The translations under genes were made by a program, and so were the position numbers. Positions 37,463 through 47,261 of a DNA stretch of 64,000 nt are shown one piece after another. Location of the stretch: contig JAJZLL010000049.1 of assembly GCA_021803465.1 (NCBI GenBank), forward strand, positions 33,675-97,674, in the 5' to 3' direction. A model generated the notes under the pieces. The model was not told where the DNA came from, ran no database searches, and saw only the letters and a program-made list of their open reading frames with translations. Within the stretch, counting starts at the first letter, position 1. Each line of letters opens with the position of its first letter. The DNA is from a bacterium (GTDB taxonomy: Bacteria; Chloroflexota; Dormibacteria; Aeolococcales; Aeolococcaceae).

Positions 37463-38612
37463 CCGTGCTGGAAACCTCCCCATTCCTGACTGTCAGGTGG
37501 TGATCGGGGCGTGCGAGGCGCAGAAGGTCGTCTGCAGCATCCGTGGCTGTAATGAGGATTTGGGACGTTGCTGGAGCGCGGAGTCGCTCAAGAAACCGCT
37601 CCTGGCGATCCGCATCGAGCTCACTGAGCACATCATCCAGGAGGAGAAGCGGAGGAGTTTCCGTATGGTTCCTGAGAAGGTCGACAGAGGAGAGGAGCAG
37701 TGCGAGGACAATGCTTCTCCGCTGCCCCTGGGAGGCAACTGACCGTGCTGGCCGGGAATGGATGGAAAGGAGCAGATCATCCCGATGCGGTCCAAAGCTT
37801 GTGGAACCAGCCGCAACATCCCGGGAAAGCCGCGCATGCATTTCCGAGAGGAACTGCTCACGGGTTGGGAATTGACCGCTTTCCCTTCCACATGGAGCGT
37901 AGCAGAGAGCTGTCACTTCCGCATCGGGTGTGAAGGCGGACAGGTGATCCGTGAAGGCCCCTGCGAGTTCGGAGATGACCCTCTGGCGGTGCGCCATCAC
38001 AGCGATGGCGGAAGCGATGCACATTTCAGTGAATGCAGGGAGCTCCATTCCATCGCTTGTGCCATCCCGCATGGCACGGAGAAGATGGTTCCTCTGGAGA
38101 AGAGACCGGGAATACCTGAGGAGATCGTTCCTGCCATCGCCAGGGAGCTGCGTGAGAACGATGTCTAGGAAACGGCGTCTCTCTTCAGGTCCACCGGAAA
38201 CGAGACTGAGGTGGTCTGGTGTGAAGAGGACTGTGGGAAGGCGGCCAATGAGGGCGCTTGCAGCTACACTCTCCCCATTGAGCAGGAGACGCTTCCGAGG
38301 CATTCCCTCGCGCGCATCAATCTCCACGATGCACTCATCGAGTCCACGTTCACCTGTATCCAGCACACCGCGGATGCGGGAATATGTGGCATCCCACTTC
38401 ATGGATTCCCGAAGAGAGGCTGAACGCGGGGATTTCGTGAGTCCAATGGTTGCAACAGCCTCAAGAATGTTCGTCTTTCCCTGTCCATTGGCTCCAGTGA
38501 TGAGTGTGATTCCTCGGGGAATGCTGAGCTGGAGCCGGTTCATGTTGCGGAAGGCGACGAGTTCAAGCTCCGTAAGGAGCGTATCAACTGTGGCTGGTGC
38601 GTTACGGTGCAT
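37455..38612 (-). CDS. recF: DNA replication/repair protein RecF
   Basis: FRN, GANGQGKTNILEA, GGPEERRRFLD, GPHRDD, SQGQRR and LLLDDVLSELD. Confidence 0.96.
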   Translation of the reverse strand: MHRNAPATVDTLLTELELVAFRNMNRLQLSIPRGITLITGANGQGKTNILEAVATIGLTKSPRSASLRESMKWDATYSRIRGVLDTGERGLDECIVEIDAREGMPRKRLLLNGESVAASALIGRLPTVLFTPDHLSLVSGGPEERRRFLDIVLTQLPGDGRNDLLRYSRSLLQRNHLLRAMRDGTSDGMELPAFTEMCIASAIAVMAHRQRVISELAGAFTDHLSAFTPDAEVTALCYAPCGRESGQFPTREQFLSEMHARLSRDVAAGSTSFGPHRDDLLLSIHSRPARSVASQGQRRSIVLALLLSSVDLLRNHTETPPLLLLDDVLSELDADRQERFLERLRAPATSQILITATDAADDLLRLARPDHHLTVRNGEVSSTDD

Positions 38613-39777
38613 TGGCGGATCCGGATGCGCTTTTTGAGGTGAACGATGTGATGAGATCTGCAATGTTGCTGCTTGCATGTGGCGTTGCCAGTGCACGTAT
38701 CCTCTCAAGCAGAGCCTGACGTTCAGATGGTGGGTACACAAGTACCTCGTTGATGTAGTCGACGACGCGGCGAGGATTTGGGGAATACCTGCTCACCCGG
38801 TGCTGACGGAGCCAGGTGACTGTTCCCCGTTCCTGTCCGGGAAGATACCAGCAGAGAACAAATGGAGTGCCACTGCACAGTGCCTCCATCACTGTTCCAG
38901 GGCCAGCTTTTGTGACGACGACATCCGCAGCACGCAGCCAGTCAACCATGTTCGAGACAAAGCCCTGGATGACAAGACTGCGGTCAGGGGGAGCAGCGAG
39001 CTTGACGAGTTCCTCCCGAAGGTGCTCATTCCTGCCACAAATGACAACAGTGTCAACAGGATCCTGCCTGTTGAGCAGTTCCTCAGTGATGCCCTTGAGC
39101 TTTCCTGCACCGTCAGCTCCGCCACAGATGACAACAAGAGGACGGTTGCTGAGGCAGCCAAGGTCGCTTCTCAGGCGCTTCTTTTCCTTCACATCAGGCA
39201 TGGGGGCTATGAATGAGGGTCCAATGGGAAGTCCGAAGACATGGCACCTGTCCGGACGGATGCCGTGCTGGAGACAGCTCCGCAGAGCCTGGGTGGTGGG
39301 GAGCACGATGGCATCCGCTTCAGGGGAAAACCAGAACGGATGGAGGTTGATGAAATCGGTGACGACGGTGAGGAAGGGAGGACGCTCCTCTGCTGGGAGG
39401 GCATGGAGGATGCGGCCAGTCACATGGTTGAGAAGGGGATGGAACGAAACGACTGCTGCAGGCGAGAGATCGTGAATGAGGGAACGGATGCCAGGAGCGA
39501 GCAGCGTGAGGATTGAACGTGAGACCCCTTCCACTGCGAGGGAGGAATTTGTCGCGTAGTAAATTCCTCCCCACAGCCATCGCACATGGCGCGCAATGGG
39601 CGCATAGAGGCCCGTTGTCGCTCCAGCGAAGGCTGGTGCTGCCTCGACGAATGGATCAATGATGGAGATGTCGTACTGGTCAGGATGGCTGGCATTGAGT
39701 GCGGCGGCAACCGCATTTGCAGAGGCCCGATGGCCTCCGCCTGTATCCGCTATGAGAAAGAGCAGTCGCTGCGTCAT
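38602..39777 (-). CDS. MGDG synthase/UgtP-like glycosyltransferase (GT28)
   Basis: DTGGGH, SFHP, TVVTD, VICGRN, TKAGPGT and PGQE. Confidence 0.9.
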   Translation of the reverse strand: MTQRLLFLIADTGGGHRASANAVAAALNASHPDQYDISIIDPFVEAAPAFAGATTGLYAPIARHVRWLWGGIYYATNSSLAVEGVSRSILTLLAPGIRSLIHDLSPAAVVSFHPLLNHVTGRILHALPAEERPPFLTVVTDFINLHPFWFSPEADAIVLPTTQALRSCLQHGIRPDRCHVFGLPIGPSFIAPMPDVKEKKRLRSDLGCLSNRPLVVICGGADGAGKLKGITEELLNRQDPVDTVVICGRNEHLREELVKLAAPPDRSLVIQGFVSNMVDWLRAADVVVTKAGPGTVMEALCSGTPFVLCWYLPGQERGTVTWLRQHRVSRYSPNPRRVVDYINEVLVYPPSERQALLERIRALATPHASSNIADLITSFTSKSASGSANAP

Positions 39778-39826
39778 ATGTTGTTACGGTACACGGAACA
39801 GTGAATTGGCGTCATGTCCTTTTCGA

Positions 39827-41623
39827 TCATGACGGTATGGTCAGTCCCTGAAATGCCATCCTCCATGCGCCACTGAAGGGAGGTTTCGTTGCAAGAATGG
39901 AACTTGCGGAGATGGAGGTTGGCTGCACGGAAAGCACAGGATGGGCCGCACTCCCAGCAAGATATGCCACAAGCTGTCCATTTGCAGACACGGCAATGGG
40001 CGTATTGGGAACTGCAGCAGAGGAAAGAGCAGCGAAATCACCACTGGAGAGACTGAGAAAGCCAAGCTCACCAGGATGAGCAACAGGGGACGCAACAACG
40101 GAGGAACTGTTGGTCACGCCGAAAAGGGCATAGCCTGCAGCAAGCGAGGTTGCAGTGGAGGGTGTCACGGTGAGGGATGACCACCAGACGGACGTTGGAT
40201 CCGTGGGAACTGCCCGGCCAAGATACACAAGGAGGCTGTGGTCTGGAGAGGTGAGGGGGGTGTAGGCGAAGAGGGGGAGATTGGGAATGGGTGCGTATGC
40301 ATCAAGTGACGGGGAGAAGCTCACTATGGAAGGAGGTGAGGACGCCTGCCCCTGAAACGAGAGATAGAGGAGACTTCCTGCACCATTCCACTGGGGAGGA
40401 GAGAGAAGGGGCGATGGCATGGGGAAGGATGCAGTGGTGCCAGAGATGGTGTTGTAGATGTTGAGCTGTGAAGTGCCGGACATGTATGCAAGAAGGTGTC
40501 CATTCGGGGACCAGGAGAGCTTGCGTGCATCGGAGCCAATGATTCGGTCCTTGCCACTGACAACGCTGATGACGTGGAGCTGTGAAATTCCCGTTGAGGA
40601 TTGCACCACTGTGAGTGCGAGGTAGTCCGTGCCAAGAGAGAGCGCTGCAGTGCCAACGGTGGTGGATGGGGCTCCAGAGAAAAGGTGGATGTAGGGTACG
40701 GGAGCATGGATGTCCGTAGAACTTGGTACAGGCAGCAGGTCCACTGTGTTCTGAGAAGCGAGGAGCAGATGGGGAAGCACGCTGAGCGTTGAGCCAGTGG
40801 TGAAGTGGATGACCGTGCTTCGTGAAAGCTTCGCGTATGTGATGTCCCGAACATGTGTCGAAACAGTGAGCGTGTACGCATGGTCAGGAAGGAGGAGATG
40901 GCCGGGAAGGATGTCAAACTGGGCTGGAGAGGAGACGTCCTGGACAATGGTGGTGCCTGGAACTGCGGGAGAAAGGGAGATTCCAGAGCTGCTCCCTGGG
41001 AGCATTGCCCTGGAGAAGGATACCGTGAGGATGCTGTCGACAGGTATGTTCTTTGCTTGCTGAGATGGATATGAGCCCTGGAATCTGGGTGCGACATCCG
41101 TCGTGATGTTCCAGGTGTGGCTGAAGACATTCACGGAGCCATCGACGGCATGGAGCCCGGAAGTGAGCGAAAAGGTGTACTTCGTGTTCGACGCAAAGGG
41201 TGTGGTTGGATGGAAGAGGGTAAACCCAGGTTCAGACGTGAGCCATGTGATCCAGCACGCATGCTGCTTCAGGCCCTCTGCCGCCTGCGCAAGGTTGCAG
41301 CCTGGCAGTCCGGGAGACATGAGAAAATGCGCAGCGATGGAAGAGTGGACAACAGGCTTGTCGAACACGACGCTCACTGGCGCGTTTGCCTCGACTCCTG
41401 TTGCGCCGTGATTTGGCGTGAGGGAAAGAATCTGGGGTGGCGAACTCGCGCAGCCAGCCAGAAGTCCGGACAGCACAAGTCCGCTGCACAGCCCGGCAGC
41501 TATACGCCTCAGGCGGAATGGGAACGCGGACAGGAAGGGTCCCGCCTGTCTAGAAGCCCATGATCGCCTTGATGTCGAGAGGAGATACCGAGCCACTGCT
41601 CGTGCGAACTTCGATGCGTGCAT
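39827..41623 (-). CDS. Lipoprotein with Ig-like (Big_5-like) domains and TolB-like repeats
   Basis: Lipobox LAGC; P..GATGV...SVVFDKPV; a second Ig repeat VSFSRAM; LSWSPNG. Start uncertain. Confidence 0.75.
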   Translation of the reverse strand: MHASKFARAVARYLLSTSRRSWASRQAGPFLSAFPFRLRRIAAGLCSGLVLSGLLAGCASSPPQILSLTPNHGATGVEANAPVSVVFDKPVVHSSIAAHFLMSPGLPGCNLAQAAEGLKQHACWITWLTSEPGFTLFHPTTPFASNTKYTFSLTSGLHAVDGSVNVFSHTWNITTDVAPRFQGSYPSQQAKNIPVDSILTVSFSRAMLPGSSSGISLSPAVPGTTIVQDVSSPAQFDILPGHLLLPDHAYTLTVSTHVRDITYAKLSRSTVIHFTTGSTLSVLPHLLLASQNTVDLLPVPSSTDIHAPVPYIHLFSGAPSTTVGTAALSLGTDYLALTVVQSSTGISQLHVISVVSGKDRIIGSDARKLSWSPNGHLLAYMSGTSQLNIYNTISGTTASFPMPSPLLSPPQWNGAGSLLYLSFQGQASSPPSIVSFSPSLDAYAPIPNLPLFAYTPLTSPDHSLLVYLGRAVPTDPTSVWWSSLTVTPSTATSLAAGYALFGVTNSSSVVASPVAHPGELGFLSLSSGDFAALSSAAVPNTPIAVSANGQLVAYLAGSAAHPVLSVQPTSISASSILATKPPFSGAWRMAFQGLTIPS

Positions 41624-42803
41624 TTTGCTCTTTTGTGAGTGCAGTGACACGGGACGCATCAGTTGTGGGGGAACGGTCATTCTCCGTATATGATCCCAGC
41701 ACCTGTCCCTCATGCAGCAGGATGAGTCCTATCTCCGTTCCACCAGTCACAAGCACATGTCCAGTCGTTTTCTGCTCCTGCAGATAGCTGAGGAGGGCAC
41801 CGAAGTCGATGAAGCGGCCCATGAGCTGTGTGTAGAGATATTGTCCTGTATAGAACTGCGAGAGCGCTGTCACTACCTTGTCCTCGATCTCCACCACATC
41901 AAGAAGTCCCACCTCGGCATCCATCTGCTTGCGAAACTCCACGAAGGCGTCCTCGCCATGGACAACGCCCTCCAGCGTGGAGAGACCCTCAACGAGATCC
42001 CCATTGAGGAAGAGAAGACAGCATTCCTTCTCGCTGTCCTTGGGAAGATACAGCTTGATGTAGCCAGTGTGGGAGTCGTTCTTGAGTGTGCGGAGGAGCC
42101 TGGAAAAGTCAATGAAAGAGCTTTTGAGATGCTCGTACAGCACGCTCCCGGCAGGGAGGGGATATGCGAGAAGAGTGACTTCCGAAGAGAACACCTCCGT
42201 TGCAGCGCCACCAGCTGCGCTCTGGGGAGCGGCAGTCACTGGAGCTGCCTCTGGCACTGGAGCTGGCTCCTCAGGTTCACCCTGAGGGGCTTCTGCCTCT
42301 TGTGTCGAATAGGTCAGGCCTCCGCCAGACGTCTGGGCAACATGGTAGACGCCATCGTCCTCTTCCTGGGGCTGTTCAGCGACACTCTCAGGAGCAGCAG
42401 GCTGTGCCCAGTCAGGCTCAGGTGCTGGTTCCCATGATCCTCCCTCATTGGAAACCACCGACTGTTCGGCCATGTTTCCTCCTTCATATTCGGATGCTGT
42501 GGCAACGCGGAGCTGGGCTTGCGCAATGAGCTCGGAAGCAGAGGCGGTAATGGTCTCCTCAGGGGGAAGCTTGGCACGGGGATCGAAGGTGAACGCTCCA
42601 TCCTTCCAGCCAAGCGACTCCAGGACAACTTCTTCTCCTTTGCCAGACGATCCTTCCGCGTGGAAAAGGTGTCCAAACAGGAAGTACAGGGAGCTTGTGG
42701 AGCTTCCCTGCTCGAGATAGAGTGTCCCAGTAGCCCGCTCAGCCTGCATTGACTGCAGCAGGGAACCGAGATCCGTGTCTTGGAGAGATCCTTGGCTTTG
42801 CAC
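41550..42803 (-). CDS. DUF4388/PATAN-like multi-domain protein
   Basis: GSLQDTDLGSLLQ....RATGTL..; acidic linker; two further F.DF..LL..L....TG.. repeats; AAGGAG RBS. Confidence 0.8.
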   Translation of the reverse strand: MQSQGSLQDTDLGSLLQSMQAERATGTLYLEQGSSTSSLYFLFGHLFHAEGSSGKGEEVVLESLGWKDGAFTFDPRAKLPPEETITASASELIAQAQLRVATASEYEGGNMAEQSVVSNEGGSWEPAPEPDWAQPAAPESVAEQPQEEDDGVYHVAQTSGGGLTYSTQEAEAPQGEPEEPAPVPEAAPVTAAPQSAAGGAATEVFSSEVTLLAYPLPAGSVLYEHLKSSFIDFSRLLRTLKNDSHTGYIKLYLPKDSEKECCLLFLNGDLVEGLSTLEGVVHGEDAFVEFRKQMDAEVGLLDVVEIEDKVVTALSQFYTGQYLYTQLMGRFIDFGALLSYLQEQKTTGHVLVTGGTEIGLILLHEGQVLGSYTENDRSPTTDASRVTALTKEQNARIEVRTSSGSVSPLDIKAIMGF

Positions 42804-43024
42804 GTGGGGACTCCTTCGATTATTGTGTCTTGTGGGCTTGGCTGAATGTCTGGGGAGCTGGTGAGATCATATCAGGCACCGTATGCGATGCACCCTACCG
42901 ATCTGCCATTTACTTATACCATGTAACTTTACAACTGACATGTGTTCTGCGAGAAGGATGGTTTACGATCATGCGACGCTTCTGTCACATGACATGCCAC
43001 TCTTTTCACCATACAACGAAGCAC

Positions 43025-43354
43025 CTATGCTTCCCTGGCACGCATCGACTTCCTGAGCTGCGCACGGGCATAGAGCTCATCTATTGTGGCCCGAACAGTT
43101 TCCTCAGCGGGAACGATGTGCTCTTCAGTGAAGGCGTAGGATCCGGAGTTCCAGGTGAGCACATCGACCACGAGACTTTCCCCCACAGCGCTGTTGTCAG
43201 CAGTGTGCGCGTGAAACAGTGTGCCGATGAGAAGCAGAAGGGTTGCAGTCTCTCCGTCGCGAGTGCACTCGAGCGTGCCGGAAGCGCGTGAGGTGTGGAG
43301 TTCCTGGAGGATGCGGATGAGTCCCGTGTCGTCTATCGTGCCTGAGTGTTCCAT
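43025..43354 (-). CDS. Single-domain DUF4388/PATAN-like protein
   Basis: GTIDDTGLIRILQEL...ASGTL...G.LFHA...W..GSYAF; clear paralog of the neighbour's N-terminal domain; AAGGAG RBS. Confidence 0.8.
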   Translation of the reverse strand: MEHSGTIDDTGLIRILQELHTSRASGTLECTRDGETATLLLLIGTLFHAHTADNSAVGESLVVDVLTWNSGSYAFTEEHIVPAEETVRATIDELYARAQLRKSMRAREA

Positions 43355-43807
43355 TCGTTCTCCTTCAGCGGCGGGGAGCGGATATGCTGCAGTGTCCACA
43401 TGAATACTGCCCGGCTGAGGTACGTGGACAGTGCCCTTGCTGCAGGGATTCATGTGCATTGGCATACTACACTACGGATCTGCGCTACAGCCAGCTGTTG
43501 CACAACTGCGATATCCCCAAGCTACCCGGATCCGTGCACTTCTGCAGTTGCCTCTGGCGAAACGGCTTGGCCATAGGCTATAGTAGCGATAGAAATCCCA
43601 TCGCGATTAAGAAGTACCGGCTTGCCGTGGAACCTTCGCAGGGGACACTGTCCAGCAAGGACAGTGCACGTATTAGGGACAAGGGGTCATATTTGGGTGC
43701 GCAATGCGCGTTGTCCACGATAGTGTGAGGTAGTACCACTGGTTACTCCAGATCTTTCTCTCGACACTCTGCATTTTCTCGTACCTGAGCAGAGTGATGC
43801 TCTCGTA

Positions 43808-46411
43808 GTGCTCACTGCGCTTGCTGGCGAGCAGTCCGATGATCCGCGGCGTATGTTTCAGGCGCATCTTGAGGCTGCGGAACATTTTTCCGTCTCCTTT
43901 GCCAGTGACAGCGGAGAACGGATCATGGTGTTCCTGCCGGATCTCGCCATGCAGTGTACGCCGCAGCCAGCGGATGACGGGAACGACCAGCATCTCGCTC
44001 TCCGCATTGATGCGATACGTCCCCAGTCCGGACATCCCTCAGACACGCATCTGCTCACTGTCACTGCGAAATCCATGCAGGTGAGTGCCACCAACGGCAC
44101 ATCGAGCGATACCCACCGTCTCCTCGACTGGCAGCGGTCGAGTGCAGCAGCAGCATCGTCCCCCATTCTGTTTGGAACACTCAAGCTTATTGACAGGCTG
44201 GAGGGGGAGGACCGTGCACGTGCGCAGCAGCACCGTGTGCATTATGTCGATACGAAGGAGTACTGGAGATGCCGTGCCTGCCGGGGATTCTGGCAGCCTG
44301 GACAGCACCAGCAGTGTCCATCCTGCGGAAGACCCTTTACCGAGCAGGACCGGAGACAGCCTGAAGTGGGCAAGATAGAGTTCAGTGTCCCCCGTGATGA
44401 GAAGATCACTCTCCAGCAGGACATGGCAGTTCTTGTGGAACCTGAAGATGGCCCGAGCATTGTTGCCCGGGTGAACAAGGTCGACAACAGGCGTCACCGG
44501 ATCGAGGTCACCTGCAGGTCCTTCGAACATCCGGGGCCGGAAGGAGCCATATCACCTTCATACAACAGGTCTCACTACCTGGCAAAGCGGAGTGTGCTTG
44601 CTTCCCTCGCCTCACGGGATTTCGGTGTGGGACTCCTAGCCCAGCTCCTTGTGGAACCACAGAAGGTGTGCGCTCCAGCCTACAGGCCTGGAGAAGGTGG
44701 TGACTGGCTCACTGGAGGCATGATTGCGAATCCACCTCAGGACAGGGCCGTATCCCTCCTCTCAACAATGAAGGCCGGGGAGGCGCTTCTCATCCAGGGA
44801 CCTCCTGGAACCGGGAAAACCACAGTCATAGTCGAAGCGATCAAGCGGAGGCTCACTGCCAATCCGGATGAGCGCATCCTTGTCACCTCGCACAGCAATC
44901 TCGCCGTTGACAACGCACTTGAGCGCCTTGCGGGAACTCCAGGAATGCGTGCTGTACGCGTTGCAAGGGCAGAGAGGGTGCATCCAGCTGTCGACCAGTA
45001 CCGCTGCGATGATGAGGATGATCCGCGGCTCCTTGAGGCGAACTGCTATTTCGCTACCTGCGCGACAGCCTCCACCTCAGCGATCACTGACATGAATTTC
45101 GACCTCGTCATCCTTGATGAGGCGAACAAGGCCCGTGTGGACGAGGCCCTGCCTGCGCTCAGGCTCGGTTCAGCAATCGCCATGGTGGGAGACCACAAGC
45201 AGCTGCCACCGGTTGAGGACGACTCGCTGTACAGCATTGTCGAGACAGATCCAGAACTTGAGGATCTTGTGAACATGAGTTTCTTTGAGCAGTGCTGGGA
45301 GGGAGGTGTGCCCGAGGAGGCGAAGTGCCTTCTCACAGTGCAGCACCGCATGCATCCCCAGATTGCAGGCTACATTTCAACCATGTCGTATGAGGGCCAG
45401 CTGCTCAATGCCCCTGAAGTAACTGCGTATGACTTTGTCACGCGGCAGCCATTTCCGGTGGCGCTTCATTTTGTCGATACGGTGAATACCCAGGGTGGGG
45501 AAAAACGGGGTCCAGGCGGTGCGCTGCGAAACGAACTCGAAGTGCGTGTCGCAGCCCATGTGGTGCGGCTCCTCGATGAACGCTGTCCACGGAACCTTTC
45601 CATGGCCATTATTGCCATGTATGCGGAGCAGGTAGAACGTCTGAGGCAGGCGCTGGGAAGAAGAAACTTCAAGCGTCCTGTGAAGATCGATACGGTCGAT
45701 TCCTTCGAGGGGCGGGAAGAGGACATTGTTGTCATCTCGCTAGTGAGAAGCAATGAGCGGGGACGCATAGGTTTCCTGAGGGTTCCCAACCGTCTCAATG
45801 TGGCCATATCACGGGCCAAGAGGCTCGTGGCGTGCATTGGCGACAGTGCAACGCTCCGGGCAGGCGAGGAATCCATGTATGGCGTCCTGGTCGACCAGGC
45901 GCGGGAATGTGGAGGCTGGATTGATGCCAAGGAACTTCTGCCACCTTCACACAAGTCTCGGCGCAACCGGAAGAAGAAGAGGCCCACAGCCGCCACTGGC
46001 GATGAAGCCCAGGTGCAGGATACTCCGCCTGGAGAAGGGCAGCAGGCCGAGGGGGCTGGTTCAGCAGCAACGAGGAGGCGTCGCAGACGTCGTCGTCGCA
46101 GAAAGGGAGGCAGCACTGCGCCAGGAGGAACACCTCCCCAGGGTGAGGGCGGTATGCCCAGCAGCGCAGGAGGTCCACAGCAGGGAACACTGCCGTTCAC
46201 GGATTCCAGCCGCGAGGCTGCTCCATCCTCATCTGAGGGAAGTGCGCCAGAGGATGGCCATGAATGGCATTTCGAGCCTGGCAAGAGGACACGGTCATTC
46301 CGTCCACAGCGGTCACGGGCGAACAATCACAAGACGACTCCTGTGGATGGTGAAGTCCCGTCTCTGACTGCTCCATCAGCAGTGCGCGAGGGATCAGGAG
46401 AGGAGGTTTGA
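43808..46411 (+). CDS. Upf1/DNA2-like SF1B helicase with N-terminal Zn ribbon and basic disordered tail
   Basis: QGPPGTGKT, SHSNLAVDN, LDEA, VGDHKQLPP, QHRMHP, TVDSFEGRE and RLNVAISRAK; CRAC...CPSC near the N-terminus. Confidence 0.92.
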   Translation: MLTALAGEQSDDPRRMFQAHLEAAEHFSVSFASDSGERIMVFLPDLAMQCTPQPADDGNDQHLALRIDAIRPQSGHPSDTHLLTVTAKSMQVSATNGTSSDTHRLLDWQRSSAAAASSPILFGTLKLIDRLEGEDRARAQQHRVHYVDTKEYWRCRACRGFWQPGQHQQCPSCGRPFTEQDRRQPEVGKIEFSVPRDEKITLQQDMAVLVEPEDGPSIVARVNKVDNRRHRIEVTCRSFEHPGPEGAISPSYNRSHYLAKRSVLASLASRDFGVGLLAQLLVEPQKVCAPAYRPGEGGDWLTGGMIANPPQDRAVSLLSTMKAGEALLIQGPPGTGKTTVIVEAIKRRLTANPDERILVTSHSNLAVDNALERLAGTPGMRAVRVARAERVHPAVDQYRCDDEDDPRLLEANCYFATCATASTSAITDMNFDLVILDEANKARVDEALPALRLGSAIAMVGDHKQLPPVEDDSLYSIVETDPELEDLVNMSFFEQCWEGGVPEEAKCLLTVQHRMHPQIAGYISTMSYEGQLLNAPEVTAYDFVTRQPFPVALHFVDTVNTQGGEKRGPGGALRNELEVRVAAHVVRLLDERCPRNLSMAIIAMYAEQVERLRQALGRRNFKRPVKIDTVDSFEGREEDIVVISLVRSNERGRIGFLRVPNRLNVAISRAKRLVACIGDSATLRAGEESMYGVLVDQARECGGWIDAKELLPPSHKSRRNRKKKRPTAATGDEAQVQDTPPGEGQQAEGAGSAATRRRRRRRRRRKGGSTAPGGTPPQGEGGMPSSAGGPQQGTLPFTDSSREAAPSSSEGSAPEDGHEWHFEPGKRTRSFRPQRSRANNHKTTPVDGEVPSLTAPSAVREGSGEEV

Positions 46412-46415
46412 CGAC

Positions 46416-46994
46416 ATGGCGGATGCTGTCACTGTGTACGTCCGGCCACATGATGCTCAGTGTGACAGGGTGCGTTCGTATCTTGATGAGAAAGGCATTG
46501 CGTACACACTCCGTGATGTGACGCAGGATCCTGGCGCAAGCGCTGTCCTGTTTGGCTACTACGGCAAGGTGGTCACCCCTGTGGTGAGGAAGAACGACAC
46601 CATGGTTGCAGGCTACGATCCGATCCAGCTCGCGAAGCTCTTTCCATCCACTGGACCTGAAGAAGAGCATGTGCGTCTTGGCGCAGCAGTCAGGACTGTG
46701 ACTGCAGAGCGTGCAGCGGAACTGGGCCTGCCATTTCCTTTTGGAGTGGAGGTTGGGCCAGTTGGCGCGGATTCTCCAGCCTCAGAGGCTGGCATACATG
46801 AAGGCGATGTGATACTCACCATCGGTTCGTACACCCTTGACAGGGGGCTGCAGCAGTTTCAGCAGGCAATCAGCTCGCGTCAGCCAGGAACTTCCATGGA
46901 TGTGGAGATCTGGAGACAGGGATCGCGGCTGCCAGCGTCAATCCATTTTCCTGCAACGCAGGTCACTTCCCCTGAGGGCACACAGGAAGAGTAG
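46416..46994 (+). CDS. Glutaredoxin-like (NrdH-redoxin) + PDZ fusion
   Basis: VTVY..PHDAQC...YL...GI.Y..RDV, TPVV and GYD, followed by LGAAV...GVEV..V..DSPA..AGI..GDVI. Confidence 0.82.
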   Translation: MADAVTVYVRPHDAQCDRVRSYLDEKGIAYTLRDVTQDPGASAVLFGYYGKVVTPVVRKNDTMVAGYDPIQLAKLFPSTGPEEEHVRLGAAVRTVTAERAAELGLPFPFGVEVGPVGADSPASEAGIHEGDVILTIGSYTLDRGLQQFQQAISSRQPGTSMDVEIWRQGSRLPASIHFPATQVTSPEGTQEE

Positions 46995-47003
46995 GACGTG
47001 AAC

Positions 47004-47261
47004 TCACCAGCCTGGCGGTGGCTCCTTGCGGTTGAGCAGCTTGAGGAAATCCTCGGCACGGGCAACAGCTTCCCATCGACGGGAGAAGAAATCCTGGCAA
47101 ATGAGCTTCTGGTCGTCGAGCCGAGTAACGGATACAGCCCACTGGTTGAGCGCTTTTGTTACCTCAACTTCGTATGTCTCCGCCTCATTGCGGTACGACA
47201 TTGTCTGGTTGGCAGGGCTCTGACGTGTCCGGTCATTGCGTCGGGGAGAGGCCATGGGCAT
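47004..47261 (-). CDS. Small hypothetical protein
   Basis: AAGGAGG RBS before the ATG at 47261; 85 aa. Confidence 0.6.
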   Translation of the reverse strand: MPMASPRRNDRTRQSPANQTMSYRNEAETYEVEVTKALNQWAVSVTRLDDQKLICQDFFSRRWEAVARAEDFLKLLNRKEPPPGW

